Of a DNA stretch of 62,619 nucleotides, positions 10,985 through 21,697 are shown piece after piece. This stretch comes from Eubacteriales bacterium (GTDB lineage Bacteria; Bacillota; Clostridia; Oscillospirales; CAG-272). A program made the translations under genes and the position numbers. Numbering within the stretch: position 1 is the stretch's first letter; every line of letters starts with the position of its first letter. The stretch lies in NCBI GenBank assembly GCA_045125655.1, contig JBGVNP010000109.1, forward strand, positions 1-62,619. Direction: 5' to 3'. The notes beneath the pieces were generated by a model. That model did no database searches, was not told the origin of the DNA, and was given only the letters and a program-made list of their open reading frames with translations.

Positions 10985-11672
10985 GCGGCGCCTCCCATTT
11001 TTCTAAATATGTAGGCATTGGTTGCATTTCTGCAAATATCATATCCTTAATTCTTGCAAAATACTCTCTAAAGCTATAGATTGGTTGTTTTCCGTAATTG
11101 CGGATAGCACTGTCCAAGCCGTATGCTTCAAGTCCCAATTTTTTTGCAAGATATATTGCGCGATAGAGATGATATTTCTGAGTAACTATTAAAACTCTTT
11201 TATATCCGTAAACGTTTTTAGCTCGCCACAGACTTTCATATGTGGAAAGGCCGTAGCCGTCACTGATTATGGCTGATTTATCCGCGCCCATTTCACAAAG
11301 CACGCGCTCCATAGTCACAGTTTCCGTATAATCATTATTTTCACTGTCCCCAGTAACAAACAAAACGTGGGACTTGCCCGACTCATACGCTTGATATGCC
11401 ACTGCAAGTCTATCGTAGAGCATATCAGTTGGCGAGCCGTCCTTTTTCACTCCTGCACCGAGTATAAGGATACAGTCAAAATCGTCAGAAATCTTTATCA
11501 TCTCATCGGGTGAACAAACGTTATCGTTGGTTTGAGAGACGATGATTAAATTAAGTGTCAAAACAAAGAGAAAAGCAAGCGCAACAAAGCCCGATGCAAA
11601 AGCAAGTATCTTAAGCACCGTTTTTTTATTATTTTTGAAAAATACTATGATTTTATCCAAAATATTGCGCAT
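10977..11672 (-). CDS. SanA/YdcF-family (DUF218) membrane protein
   Basis: N-terminal TM helix. ILILGAGV...DRL...TGDS...[11 protein letters not shown] pattern of the DUF218/SanA family. The stop overlaps the uvrB start by 8 nt. Confidence 0.75.
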   Translation of the reverse strand: MRNILDKIIVFFKNNKKTVLKILAFASGFVALAFLFVLTLNLIIVSQTNDNVCSPDEMIKISDDFDCILILGAGVKKDGSPTDMLYDRLAVAYQAYESGKSHVLFVTGDSENNDYTETVTMERVLCEMGADKSAIISDGYGLSTYESLWRAKNVYGYKRVLIVTQKYHLYRAIYLAKKLGLEAYGLDSAIRNYGKQPIYSFREYFARIKDMIFAEMQPMPTYLEKWEAPHE

Positions 11673-11690
11673 ATTTTCTCCTTTGAAATA

Positions 11691-12638
11691 TTAATAAAAT
11701 GTAGCAAGCTCGGGGTTGGGCTTAACTGCAAAGGCAGTGCTTTCTGCATAAAGAACGGGACCCTGCCTGTTGTACATGGGATGATATTCTATCTTTATTT
11801 TTGCAGTGAGCAATATCCAATCCCCCGTATTGAGTGAAACGTCCTTTTTAAAATTGCAAGCAAGACCTGCAAATGTAATATCGTCTGCACAACAGGTCAT
11901 AACGTGTCTGCCGATAATGATGGCTTTTGAGCCAAGTTGTGTATCGCGTGCAACAAGTCCCTTGAATTTTACGGTTTTACCGTTATATTTTGCAAGGTCC
12001 TCACCCATATCTCTATACCAAATCGCAAAATCCTTGTCATCAAGCTCGATCACGGGTGCATCAACGTCAAAAGGAAGCTCATCCTCAATATCGTCATATT
12101 CTATTCTGCCGTCGGGGAAATCGTAAACGATTTCTGCACGGGGATTTACGCCCCTTACTATCTTATGAATATTCTCCCTATTTGCATCAGCCGTTGCTCT
12201 ATTGAGAACAACCATTTCGCACATAGAAAGCTTATCGAACATAAGTGAGCGCATATTGGCATTGTAAAGCTCAAATGTTGAGCAATCAGCCGTCATTACT
12301 ATTTGGAATACGTCCCAGCTTTCGGGCATGCTCATAAAGAGAGTTTCGAGCTGCCACATTCCGTTATATTCAACGATAATTCTATCTATAAGATGCTTGT
12401 TGGTTATTGCATCGAGCTTATCGGGAGTGAGGTCACTCTCGTCCTCTATGGACTCAAAATAAACGTTTTTGCCCCAAAAGCGAGTGGGATCGTATTCATC
12501 AATGCCCTCCTCACAGCAGATAAGCATTGTTTTTTCACCCGAATTAAATCTCTGATCCTCCAATGATTCTTGGATCATATGGGTTTTTCCGCCCTCTAAA
12601 AAGCCGACGAAAATATATACTGGAATTTGATTTTTCAT
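11691..12638 (-). CDS. G3E (CobW-like) P-loop domain fused to a DUF1980/TIGR03943-like C-terminal domain
   Basis: Walker A GFLEGGKT. C-terminal IIGRHVMTCCADDITFAGL resembles the CC-A-x-D motif of TIGR03943/DUF1980 proteins. ATG at 12638 has a GAGGTG RBS; the track start (12647, GVG) is also possible. Confidence 0.6.
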   Translation of the reverse strand: MKNQIPVYIFVGFLEGGKTHMIQESLEDQRFNSGEKTMLICCEEGIDEYDPTRFWGKNVYFESIEDESDLTPDKLDAITNKHLIDRIIVEYNGMWQLETLFMSMPESWDVFQIVMTADCSTFELYNANMRSLMFDKLSMCEMVVLNRATADANRENIHKIVRGVNPRAEIVYDFPDGRIEYDDIEDELPFDVDAPVIELDDKDFAIWYRDMGEDLAKYNGKTVKFKGLVARDTQLGSKAIIIGRHVMTCCADDITFAGLACNFKKDVSLNTGDWILLTAKIKIEYHPMYNRQGPVLYAESTAFAVKPNPELATFY

Positions 12639-12648
12639 CAATTTCACC

Positions 12649-13797
12649 TCAAATGTTAAATAATTCTTTTATTTTGTCACTGTGAATATGTGAGCCGATA
12701 ACGCAGAGCTTGCCTATAATTTCGGCATTTCCGCGTCGCACGTCGATAACTCCGGGAATGTAATCAAAGTATATCCATTCTCCGTCATTTGCATCGACAA
12801 TTCCCTTTGCTCTCAATACGATGCCGTATTCTTCCTCGTTTTCGAGTGCAGTGAGAATGTTTTTTATATCGTTTTCGCTGAATTTCTTTGCAGTTTCAAC
12901 GCCCCATGATTCAAATATCTCATCTGCATGGTGGTGATGGTGATGATGCTCGTGATCGTGGTCGTGACATCCGCAGTCGCAATGCTCATCGTGATCGTGA
13001 TGATGATGTTCGTGGTGATGCTCGTGATCGTGGTCGTGGCATCCGCAATCACAGTGTTCATCGTGATCGTGATGATGATGTTCGTGGTGATGCTCGTGAT
13101 CGTGATCGTGACATCCGCAGTCACAATGCTCATCGTGATCGTGATGATGGTGTTCGTGGTGGTGATGATGCTCGTGCTTCATCTTTTCAAGCTCCTTTGC
13201 AAGTGAATTGCTATTTTCAATAGCATCAAGTATCTGCTTGCCGTCAAGCTTGTCCCAATCGGTTGTGATTATCGTGGCGGATGCATTATTTTCTCTGAGC
13301 AAGGCAACGCACTCCGCGACCTTATGCTCACTCGCTGTTGCAGTGTGACTGAGCACGATGCATTTTGCCTCTTTTATCTGGTCGCCGAAAAACTCACCGA
13401 AGTTTTTCATATACATCTTGCATTTATTGACGTCTGCAACGGTTGTAAGTCCGTTAAGAATGACGTGCTCATTGAGAACGCTCTCGGTTGCCTTAACAAC
13501 GTCGGAAAGCTTGCCAACACCCGATGGCTCGATGATGATTCTGTCGGGATGATAGGTAGCGATTGCTTCTGCAAGTGCCTTTGAAAAGTCACCTACAAGT
13601 GAGCAGCAGATGCAACCCGAATTCATCTCGGTGATATTGATGCCCGACTCCTTTAAAAATCCGCCGTCAATGCCGATTTGACCGAATTCATTTTCTATGA
13701 GCATGAGCTTTTCGCCCTTATATGCCTCGGAAATCATTTTCTTAATAAGAGTGGTCTTTCCTGCTCCCAAAAATCCCGAATATATATCAATTTTCAT
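12649..13797 (-). CDS. COG0523-type G3E GTPase metallochaperone (CobW family) with His/Asp/Cys-rich insert
   Basis: P-loop GFLGAGKTT, metal motif GCICCS, CobW C-terminal domain, AAGGAG RBS. Confidence 0.85.
   Translation of the reverse strand: MKIDIYSGFLGAGKTTLIKKMISEAYKGEKLMLIENEFGQIGIDGGFLKESGINITEMNSGCICCSLVGDFSKALAEAIATYHPDRIIIEPSGVGKLSDVVKATESVLNEHVILNGLTTVADVNKCKMYMKNFGEFFGDQIKEAKCIVLSHTATASEHKVAECVALLRENNASATIITTDWDKLDGKQILDAIENSNSLAKELEKMKHEHHHHHEHHHHDHDEHCDCGCHDHDHEHHHEHHHHDHDEHCDCGCHDHDHEHHHEHHHHDHDEHCDCGCHDHDHEHHHHHHHADEIFESWGVETAKKFSENDIKNILTALENEEEYGIVLRAKGIVDANDGEWIYFDYIPGVIDVRRGNAEIIGKLCVIGSHIHSDKIKELFNI
12943..13158 (-). repeat. 3 x 72-bp in-frame tandem repeat encoding HEHHHHDHDEHCDCGCHDHDHEHH
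   Basis: Units at 12943-13014, 13015-13086 and 13087-13158. The peptide copies are identical. The DNA copies differ at a few synonymous sites. Confidence 0.9.
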
Positions 13798-13836
13798 TTG
13801 TCATACTCCTTTAAATAAAATATTACACCAATTTAT

Positions 13837-13865
13837 ATTTTACCTCAAATAATTATTAATGTCAA
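13837..13865 (-). promoter_or_regulatory. Promoter of the G3E operon with an embedded AT palindrome
   Basis: Minus strand reads TTGACA, 17 nt, TAAAAT. The spacer contains TAATAATTA (TAAT-n-ATTA) within AATAATTATT. Confidence 0.55.
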
Positions 13866-13941
13866 CACAAGAGGATAAAAAATATTGACTTTATTTTATA
13901 TATATGTTAATATAATATTATCACTTGGAATGGAGATATTT

Positions 13942-14382
13942 ATGAAGCACGTTGATATATATACTGACGGCGCGTGCCGCGGAAATCCCGGCAAGGGCGG
14001 TTGGGGCGCAATTTTGGTTTACGGAAAGACCGAAAAAGAGCTTTCGGGCGGTGAGCGTTCTACCACTAACAACAGAATGGAGCTTACTGCGGCAATAAAA
14101 GCCCTCTCTGCGCTAAAGGAAAAGTGTGAGATAACACTTTATTCCGACTCAAAATATATGATAGATGCTATCGAAAAGGGCTGGGCTAAGTCGTGGAAGG
14201 CGAAGGGTTGGAAAAAGGCAGACAAATCCCCTGCCCTCAATCCCGACCTTTGGGAAAAGCTCTTAAAGCTTGTTGAGCTTCATGATATAACCTTTGTATG
14301 GGTAAAGGGTCACGCGGGACACGAATACAACGAACGTTGCGACAAGCTCGCAACCGATTTTGCGGATTCATTTGTGGATTAA
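13942..14382 (+). CDS. rnhA: Ribonuclease HI
   Basis: [45 protein letters not shown] at 13942 has a GGAG RBS. The track start at 13885 lies in the promoter region. Confidence 0.9.
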   Translation: MKHVDIYTDGACRGNPGKGGWGAILVYGKTEKELSGGERSTTNNRMELTAAIKALSALKEKCEITLYSDSKYMIDAIEKGWAKSWKAKGWKKADKSPALNPDLWEKLLKLVELHDITFVWVKGHAGHEYNERCDKLATDFADSFVD

Positions 14383-14419
14383 ACTCGGAAAAGTTAAATT
14401 TATAAGAATATATAGAAAA

Positions 14420-14452
14420 GAGCCTGCAGGAAAATCCTGCAGGCATAATTTT
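14420..14452. terminator. Bidirectional terminator (rnhA / acyl-CoA ligase)
   Basis: GCCTGCAGG aaaat CCTGCAGGC with T-rich flanks on both strands. Confidence 0.65.
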
Positions 14453-16169
14453 AATCAACTATTCTATTGATCTTAAATCTTACGATCTTCTTTGAGGTAT
14501 TCTTTTCAAATTCCTCGTTTCTGATCTTTACTATCTGCACCTTTTTATAGGGTGCGGCTTTTTTATTGATCTCGTTTACGTTTTCCTTGAAGTACTTTTG
14601 AGCATCTTCAATTCCGTGCAATTTGAGAGCATCAAAGTCGGGATAAATTTCAGCAACGATACAATCCTTGCTTGAGCCGTCAGCATTAAGTCCCCCGTAA
14701 ACAACAACCTCATTTACACCGTAGATGCGGGAAATTTCGGTTTCTATTTCTTCGGGGTAAACGTTTTTACCGTTGGAGAGGATGATGAGATTCTTAAGAC
14801 GGCCTGTGATATATATCCAGCCCTCTTCGTCGAGCTTGCCGTAGTCGCCCGTTTTGAAGAAACCCTCTTCATCAAATGCCGCTGCGGTTGCTTCGGGGTT
14901 ATTATAATAGCCCATCATAACGTTGGGACCCTTAACGCAGATCTCTCCCTCGCCGTTTTCGTCGGGATCGGCAATCTTAACCTGCTCGCCGATGATCGGC
15001 ACACCAACGCTTCCCTTTTTTCTGTTTTCATTTCTATTACAGGAGATGAGGGGCGCGCACTCGGTAATGCCGTAGCCGTTAAGAATTGTAATACCAATTC
15101 CCTCAAAGGTATCAATAATATCCTGATTAAGAGCAGCACCGCCGCAGATGATCATTTCAAGCTTACCGCCAAATGCGCTCGTTACGCTTGCAAAGAGCTT
15201 TTTACGAAGGTCAAGTCCGACCTTTCTCATTCCGTTACTTGCCTTGATCATATTGCGAAGGAGCTTATCCTTACCCTGCTTTTCCGCAGTTGCCCAAATT
15301 CTCTTATAGAAGGTTTCTACAAAGAGGGGCACGAGAATAAGGTGGGTGGGTTGCTCATCCTTGAGCTCGTTGAGTATATACTTAAGTCCGCCCGAGATAT
15401 AAACCTCTGCGCCTTGAGCATAGTGTCCAACAAAGTTTACTGTTGAACCAAAGGTATGGTGAGGGGGCAAAACACAAAGTGTTTTGGGAGTGATCTGGAA
15501 GTTATACATACCTTGAGTCATATCGGATACGATATTTGTCTGTGTAAGCATAACGCCCTTACCCTTGCCCGTTGTACCCGACGTGAACACTATACTTGCA
15601 AGCTTATTGGGATCAAGATCATAATCAAAATAAGAATTATCTCCTGCATTAACAAGCTTTCTGCCGTTATAGATAATATCCTCAAGCATCATAACGCTAT
15701 CAAGGTCGGTTTCCTTGCTCATACAAATAAATACGGGCTTTTTAGACATATCGTCGCGAATCTTTTCGATTTTGGAGTCGATAACTGAGCTATATATAAC
15801 GAAATCACATTCGGCACTTTCAATAATGCTTCTAATATCGTCTGCGGGAAGCTCCTTATCGATAGGAACTGTTACGGCACCAATGGACATACAAGCATAA
15901 TAAGAGGTTACCCAGTTATACGATGCTTCACCAACAATTGCAATATGCTTTTCTCTAACTCCCGCAGAAACAAGACCTGTACCCATAGCAACTATGTATT
16001 CTCTTGTTTCAGCAAAGGTTTTTCTTGTCACCTCTTTTTTGTGGGGGTTCTCTTTAAATGAATAAGCAATTTTGTTGGGATATTTTGCCGCAACGTTTTC
16101 AGTCATTATACGAAAATCTTCAAAAACTGTAGTTTCGTATAAGGGATAATTTTTTGTTCTTGTTTTCAT
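14451..16169 (-). CDS. AMP-dependent long-chain acyl-CoA synthetase/ligase
   Basis: 572 aa. AMP-binding motif FTSGTTGKGKGVMLTQ, plus GYGITE and TGDYG motifs. Confidence 0.85.
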   Translation of the reverse strand: MKTRTKNYPLYETTVFEDFRIMTENVAAKYPNKIAYSFKENPHKKEVTRKTFAETREYIVAMGTGLVSAGVREKHIAIVGEASYNWVTSYYACMSIGAVTVPIDKELPADDIRSIIESAECDFVIYSSVIDSKIEKIRDDMSKKPVFICMSKETDLDSVMMLEDIIYNGRKLVNAGDNSYFDYDLDPNKLASIVFTSGTTGKGKGVMLTQTNIVSDMTQGMYNFQITPKTLCVLPPHHTFGSTVNFVGHYAQGAEVYISGGLKYILNELKDEQPTHLILVPLFVETFYKRIWATAEKQGKDKLLRNMIKASNGMRKVGLDLRKKLFASVTSAFGGKLEMIICGGAALNQDIIDTFEGIGITILNGYGITECAPLISCNRNENRKKGSVGVPIIGEQVKIADPDENGEGEICVKGPNVMMGYYNNPEATAAAFDEEGFFKTGDYGKLDEEGWIYITGRLKNLIILSNGKNVYPEEIETEISRIYGVNEVVVYGGLNADGSSKDCIVAEIYPDFDALKLHGIEDAQKYFKENVNEINKKAAPYKKVQIVKIRNEEFEKNTSKKIVRFKINRIVD

Positions 16170-16193
16170 TGTAATTGCCTTTCTATTTGGATA

Positions 16194-17597
16194 CTAAAAG
16201 TGAATCTTGTTTTCAATATAAGACTTAAGTTCGGATATGGGAAGTCTTACCTGCTCCATAGTATCTCTGTCACGAATAGTTACACAGCCGTCCTCTTCGG
16301 ACTCAAAGTCATAGGTAATGCAAAGAGGTGTACCGATCTCGTCCTGACGTCTGTATCTCTTACCGATAGAGCCAGTTTCGTCAAAGTCAACGCTAAAGTA
16401 TTTTGCAAGCTCGCAATATACCTCGTCCGCCTTTTCGGAGAGCTTTTTGGAAAGAGGAAGAACTGCCGCCTTAATGGGCGCAAGTGCAGGATGAAGATGA
16501 AGAACTGTTCTTACATCGTTCTTTTCAGCATCAATTACCTCTTCGTCGTAAGCATCGCAAAGAACTGCGAGAACGCTTCTCTCAACACCGAGAGAGGGTT
16601 CAATAACGTAAGGTGTATATCTTTCGTTTGTTTCGGGATCGAAATAGGTAAGATCCTTCTTGGATTCGTTCTGATGCTGAGTGAGGTCATAGTCGGTTCT
16701 ATCGGCAACGCCCCAAAGCTCGCCCCAACCGAATGGGAACAAAAATTCAAAGTCAGTTGTTGCCTTTGAGTAGAAGCAAAGCTCCTCGGGATCGTGGTCA
16801 CGAAGGCGGAGATTTTCATCCTTAAGTCCGATATCGAGAAGCCACTGATGGCAGAAGTTTCTCCAATATGCAAACCATTCAAGGTCAGTGCCGGGCTTGC
16901 AGAAGAATTCAAGCTCCATCTGTTCAAATTCTCTTACGCGGAAAATAAAGTTACCGGGAGTGATCTCGTTTCTGAAGGACTTACCGATCTGACCAATACC
17001 GAAGGGTAATTTTTTACGTGTTGTTCTCTGCACGTTTACAAAGTTTGTAAAGATACCCTGTGCGGTTTCGGGACGAAGATATACCGTATTCTTGGAGTCC
17101 TCGGTTACGCCCTGGAAGGTTTTGAACATAAGGTTGAACTGACGGATGTCTGTGAAATTGTGCTTTTTACAGGTGGGACAAGGAATGTTGTGCTCTTCAA
17201 CGAAATCCTTAAGCTCTGTCTGTGAAAAAGCGTCGATGGGCTTTTCAAGAGTATAGCCGGTTTCCTCGCACCAATCCTCAATGAGCTTATCTGCGCGGAA
17301 TCTCTCGTGGCACTCGCGGCAGTCCATCATAGGATCGGAAAATCCTGCAAGGTGTCCTGAAGCTACCCAAGTTTGGGGGTTCATAAGGATGGCTGCGTCA
17401 AGTCCTACGTTGTACTTGTTCTCTTGAACAAATTTTTTCCACCAAGCGCGCTTGATGTTGTTCTTGAGTTCAACGCCGAGGGGGCCGTAGTCCCAAGTGT
17501 TTGCAAGACCGCCGTAAATCTCGGAGCCGGGGAAAATAAATCCGCGGTTTTTGCATAAAGCAACGATTTTGTCCATGGTTTTTTCTGTGTTGTTCAT
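16194..17597 (-). CDS. glyQS: Glycine--tRNA ligase (homodimeric class II type)
   Basis: 467 aa. [10 protein letters not shown]...WDYGPLG N-terminus, FRNEITP, class II motifs. Confidence 0.95.
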   Translation of the reverse strand: MNNTEKTMDKIVALCKNRGFIFPGSEIYGGLANTWDYGPLGVELKNNIKRAWWKKFVQENKYNVGLDAAILMNPQTWVASGHLAGFSDPMMDCRECHERFRADKLIEDWCEETGYTLEKPIDAFSQTELKDFVEEHNIPCPTCKKHNFTDIRQFNLMFKTFQGVTEDSKNTVYLRPETAQGIFTNFVNVQRTTRKKLPFGIGQIGKSFRNEITPGNFIFRVREFEQMELEFFCKPGTDLEWFAYWRNFCHQWLLDIGLKDENLRLRDHDPEELCFYSKATTDFEFLFPFGWGELWGVADRTDYDLTQHQNESKKDLTYFDPETNERYTPYVIEPSLGVERSVLAVLCDAYDEEVIDAEKNDVRTVLHLHPALAPIKAAVLPLSKKLSEKADEVYCELAKYFSVDFDETGSIGKRYRRQDEIGTPLCITYDFESEEDGCVTIRDRDTMEQVRLPISELKSYIENKIHF

Positions 17598-17649
17598 AAT
17601 TTTTGCCTTTCCTCCTTATAGCTGGTTTGCTATAAAAGATATAAAAAAT

Positions 17650-18450
17650 TTATTTAAAAATATTTTTGTTCTTTGTGTAATCGGGAACGAAATATTGATT
17701 TGAAGATCCCGTTTTTGTTTCACCCTCAAGAGCTACCGAGTGCTTGGCAAACTGCGAAAAGCTTGAAAACAAGCTACAGTATGCATATATCTCTTCGTCA
17801 GTAAGATCAGTATTCACTCGGTATTTTGATGCAGACTTAACTATTGAGTCTGCCATTTTATTTATATTTGAAGCGTTGCCGTGCTTTGAGAGAAAGCTCT
17901 GAATAAATGCCTCTGCTATATGGGACATAGAAACCTTGCTTCTATCGTAGCTCTTATACGTGAACATTGCTTTGGCAAGCTCTCCGTTCATATTGGCATT
18001 TCCCGAATTTTCGTTGCCGTTATACGTAAACGGATATCGGATAAGATATTCGAATTTACCAAGGGAATCAACAAGCTCCGCCATAGCGTCAACCGTGAAA
18101 AATATGTAGCGATTCACAACGGCACCTGTAAGATTTTCCAATGAGCGTATAAGCTCACTCGGTCTGGCAATGCTATAAAATTCCTGCAATATTCTGCCGT
18201 CCTGCAGCATCGTATTATCGGGAACGGGTAAAAAGCTTAATGAATTGTTTTTGGGGTCGCAGTGAATGAAGGTCAAAGAAATTATGTCATTGCCATCCGT
18301 CAAACCGACGAGGATATTTGAGCTTCTTTGAGTGGGATCCACTGCTATTCTATCAAAATAAAGACCTCCTAAAATGATCGCCGCTATGATGGCAAATGCA
18401 ATCAAGGATATAAAAAACGATTTATAAAGCACGTCCGACTTTACCTTCAT
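17650..18450 (-). CDS. Membrane-anchored protein, divergent LytR-CpsA-Psr (LCP)-like
   Basis: N-terminal TM helix and LCP-like layout (NILVGLTDGNDIISLTF...LSFLPVPDNT), but the usual conserved Arg/Asp positions are not obvious. GAGGGGAGG RBS. Confidence 0.4.
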   Translation of the reverse strand: MKVKSDVLYKSFFISLIAFAIIAAIILGGLYFDRIAVDPTQRSSNILVGLTDGNDIISLTFIHCDPKNNSLSFLPVPDNTMLQDGRILQEFYSIARPSELIRSLENLTGAVVNRYIFFTVDAMAELVDSLGKFEYLIRYPFTYNGNENSGNANMNGELAKAMFTYKSYDRSKVSMSHIAEAFIQSFLSKHGNASNINKMADSIVKSASKYRVNTDLTDEEIYAYCSLFSSFSQFAKHSVALEGETKTGSSNQYFVPDYTKNKNIFK

Positions 18451-18470
18451 CGGCGACCTCCCCTCTGCAA

Positions 18471-19619
<1,149 letters not shown>

Positions 19620-19640
19620 TTATCCTTTCACATTTCAAAA

Positions 19641-21683
19641 TCACGTGCGCTCAAACTGATGGTCAAGATTGCGCTTTGAAAGCTCCATAGCAACGGGCCT
19701 GCCGTGAGGGCAGAACGTTATATCGGGTATCTTCATAAGCTGATCAACTATCCATTCGGTGTGCGCCTCAACATACTCTCTGCCCGCTTTGATAGCCGCC
19801 TTGCAGGATGCTTGGTAGAGCGCCTTTTCAAAGAGTATGTCACGGGTGAGCTTGGCATTTCCCTGACCGTCTTTGATACGATTGATCATTGTAGAAATAG
19901 TATCTTGCACGTCACAAGCTGCAAGCTCTGTGGGAATGGACGAAATCAAAACGCTGTATTTTCTGGCTTGTATTTTAAATCCAAGTCGTTCAAATTCGTT
20001 CAAATAGTCGTTCACAACGGCAATTTCCGCCGAGGTGAGCATTATTTCTATTGGTGCAATAAGTATCTGTGACGAGGGCTCCTTTGCCTTCATCATTTCC
20101 TTATTCTTTTCAAAAATTATTCTCTCGTGCGCCGCGTGCTTATCAATAATAAGCATCTTATCCTCCTTCTCAACGATGAGATAGGAATTAAACACCTCGC
20201 CAACTATTCTATATTGAATTATAGCGGGAGCTTCATTAGTTGGAGCACTGATTTCTTCCTCGGGAACAATCTCCTCATATTCATCGTCAAACGGATCATC
20301 CGGATTTGGCGGTTGAGGTACGTGGAAATTATCCATATGATTCAGGTATAAATCTATAACCTTTTTGATTGGAAGCTTTTTAAGCTCCTCCTCAGAATAA
20401 GACTGAAATTCGTTTTCAAGGGCAATTTGCTCTGCAGTGGGCTGCTTGTGGTTATCAATGATCTCGGCAACGGTCTCTGCAATCGACTCGGACTGCTTTA
20501 TATCCTCTGTCTTTTTTTCTGCAGAAGAATCGCTGATCTTTATCTGCTCGGGCTTGTCCTCTTTTTTAGAATCTACTATAGGTGTGAATGCAGCGGAAAC
20601 AGGTCTTGACTCTGCTATAGTTCTGTATTGCTCGGCTGATATTCTTTCAAAAACATCTTTTTTGGCACTGCCGATCTGTATCTCCGGGCGAGTGGTATTC
20701 TCCTCAAGAGCAGTTCTTACAGTGTGATATATCGCCTCAAACACGGGCTTTTCATTTGCGAATTTAACCTCAAGCTTTGTGGGGTGAACGTTAATATCAA
20801 CAGTTGATGGATTGATGGTAAGATTCAAAACGCAACAAGGAAACTTTTCAGGAGCAATATATGAGGTATATGCTTGCTCAATGGCTGCCATTGCGAGCTT
20901 ACTCTTGATAAAACGGTTATTTATAAAGAAATTTTGGTAGTTTCTATTAGACTTTACTGTATCCGAGCGTCCGATATAGCCCTGAATGCGAATATCATTG
21001 ATCTCACTATCAACATATATCATAGCATTTTGCATCTGCTTACCCATAACTATGTAGATAACAGTTTCGAGCTTTCCGTCACCGGGAGTTTCGAGCTTTA
21101 CAGCTCCGTCGGATATGAATCTAAAGGAAATTTCGGGGTGTGAAAGTGCAATTTTTTCAATGATCGTAGCAATTGCGCTACCCTCGGTAGCATCGCGCTT
21201 CAAAAATTTTCTTCTTGCGGGAATATTCGCAAAAAGGTTTTCAACGATCACGCTTGTTCCGTTTCTCGTTGCTTGCTCGCTATATTCGGTTATTTCGCCG
21301 CCGTGAGCTTCGATCATTGCGCCATAATCGGAATCCGCAGTTTTGGATATAATACGAAGATCGGAAACCGAGGCGATTGCCGCGAGTGCCTCTCCTCTGA
21401 AGCCAAGCGTCAATATCTTCATCAAATCATCGGATGTTTTGATCTTACTTGTAGCGTGTCGCTTGATAGCTATGGGAAGATCCTCTGCCTCTATTCCGCA
21501 TCCGTTATCCGATACGCGCATATAGGTAGTACCGCCGTTTTTGATTTCAACGGTGATCTGCTTTGCACCCGAATCTATTGAATTTTCAAGCAATTCCTTT
21601 ATAACTGACGAGGGTCTGTCAACGACCTCGCCTGCAGCTATAAGATTGGCAACTGCAAAGGAAAGAACGTTTATTTTTCCCAT
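19641..21683 (-). CDS. mutL: DNA mismatch repair protein MutL
   Basis: 680 aa. GHKL ATPase motifs (ELLENSIDSGA, DNGCGI, GFRGEAL). C-terminal endonuclease-type domain. Confidence 0.95.
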   Translation of the reverse strand: MGKINVLSFAVANLIAAGEVVDRPSSVIKELLENSIDSGAKQITVEIKNGGTTYMRVSDNGCGIEAEDLPIAIKRHATSKIKTSDDLMKILTLGFRGEALAAIASVSDLRIISKTADSDYGAMIEAHGGEITEYSEQATRNGTSVIVENLFANIPARRKFLKRDATEGSAIATIIEKIALSHPEISFRFISDGAVKLETPGDGKLETVIYIVMGKQMQNAMIYVDSEINDIRIQGYIGRSDTVKSNRNYQNFFINNRFIKSKLAMAAIEQAYTSYIAPEKFPCCVLNLTINPSTVDINVHPTKLEVKFANEKPVFEAIYHTVRTALEENTTRPEIQIGSAKKDVFERISAEQYRTIAESRPVSAAFTPIVDSKKEDKPEQIKISDSSAEKKTEDIKQSESIAETVAEIIDNHKQPTAEQIALENEFQSYSEEELKKLPIKKVIDLYLNHMDNFHVPQPPNPDDPFDDEYEEIVPEEEISAPTNEAPAIIQYRIVGEVFNSYLIVEKEDKMLIIDKHAAHERIIFEKNKEMMKAKEPSSQILIAPIEIMLTSAEIAVVNDYLNEFERLGFKIQARKYSVLISSIPTELAACDVQDTISTMINRIKDGQGNAKLTRDILFEKALYQASCKAAIKAGREYVEAHTEWIVDQLMKIPDITFCPHGRPVAMELSKRNLDHQFERT

Positions 21684-21697
21684 AACTTCTCCTTTCT

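Noticed and set aside
11511-11522. Cheo/LexA-like box GAACAAACGTTA upstream of uvrB
   Set aside because: It is an imperfect match to CGAACnnnnGTTCG, lies inside the sanA-like coding sequence, and sits about 530 bp from uvrB. This is too weak to call.
12864-13223. Three ORFs (89, 111 and 92 aa) across the His-repeat region, and a possible CRISPR-like periodicity
   Set aside because: They are alternative frames of the 72-bp coding repeat inside the COG0523 gene. The units are contiguous with no spacers, so this is not a CRISPR array.
16200-16927. 189-aa (+) and 130-aa (-) ORFs inside glyQS
   Set aside because: They are antisense or off-frame shadows of a conserved aminoacyl-tRNA synthetase gene.
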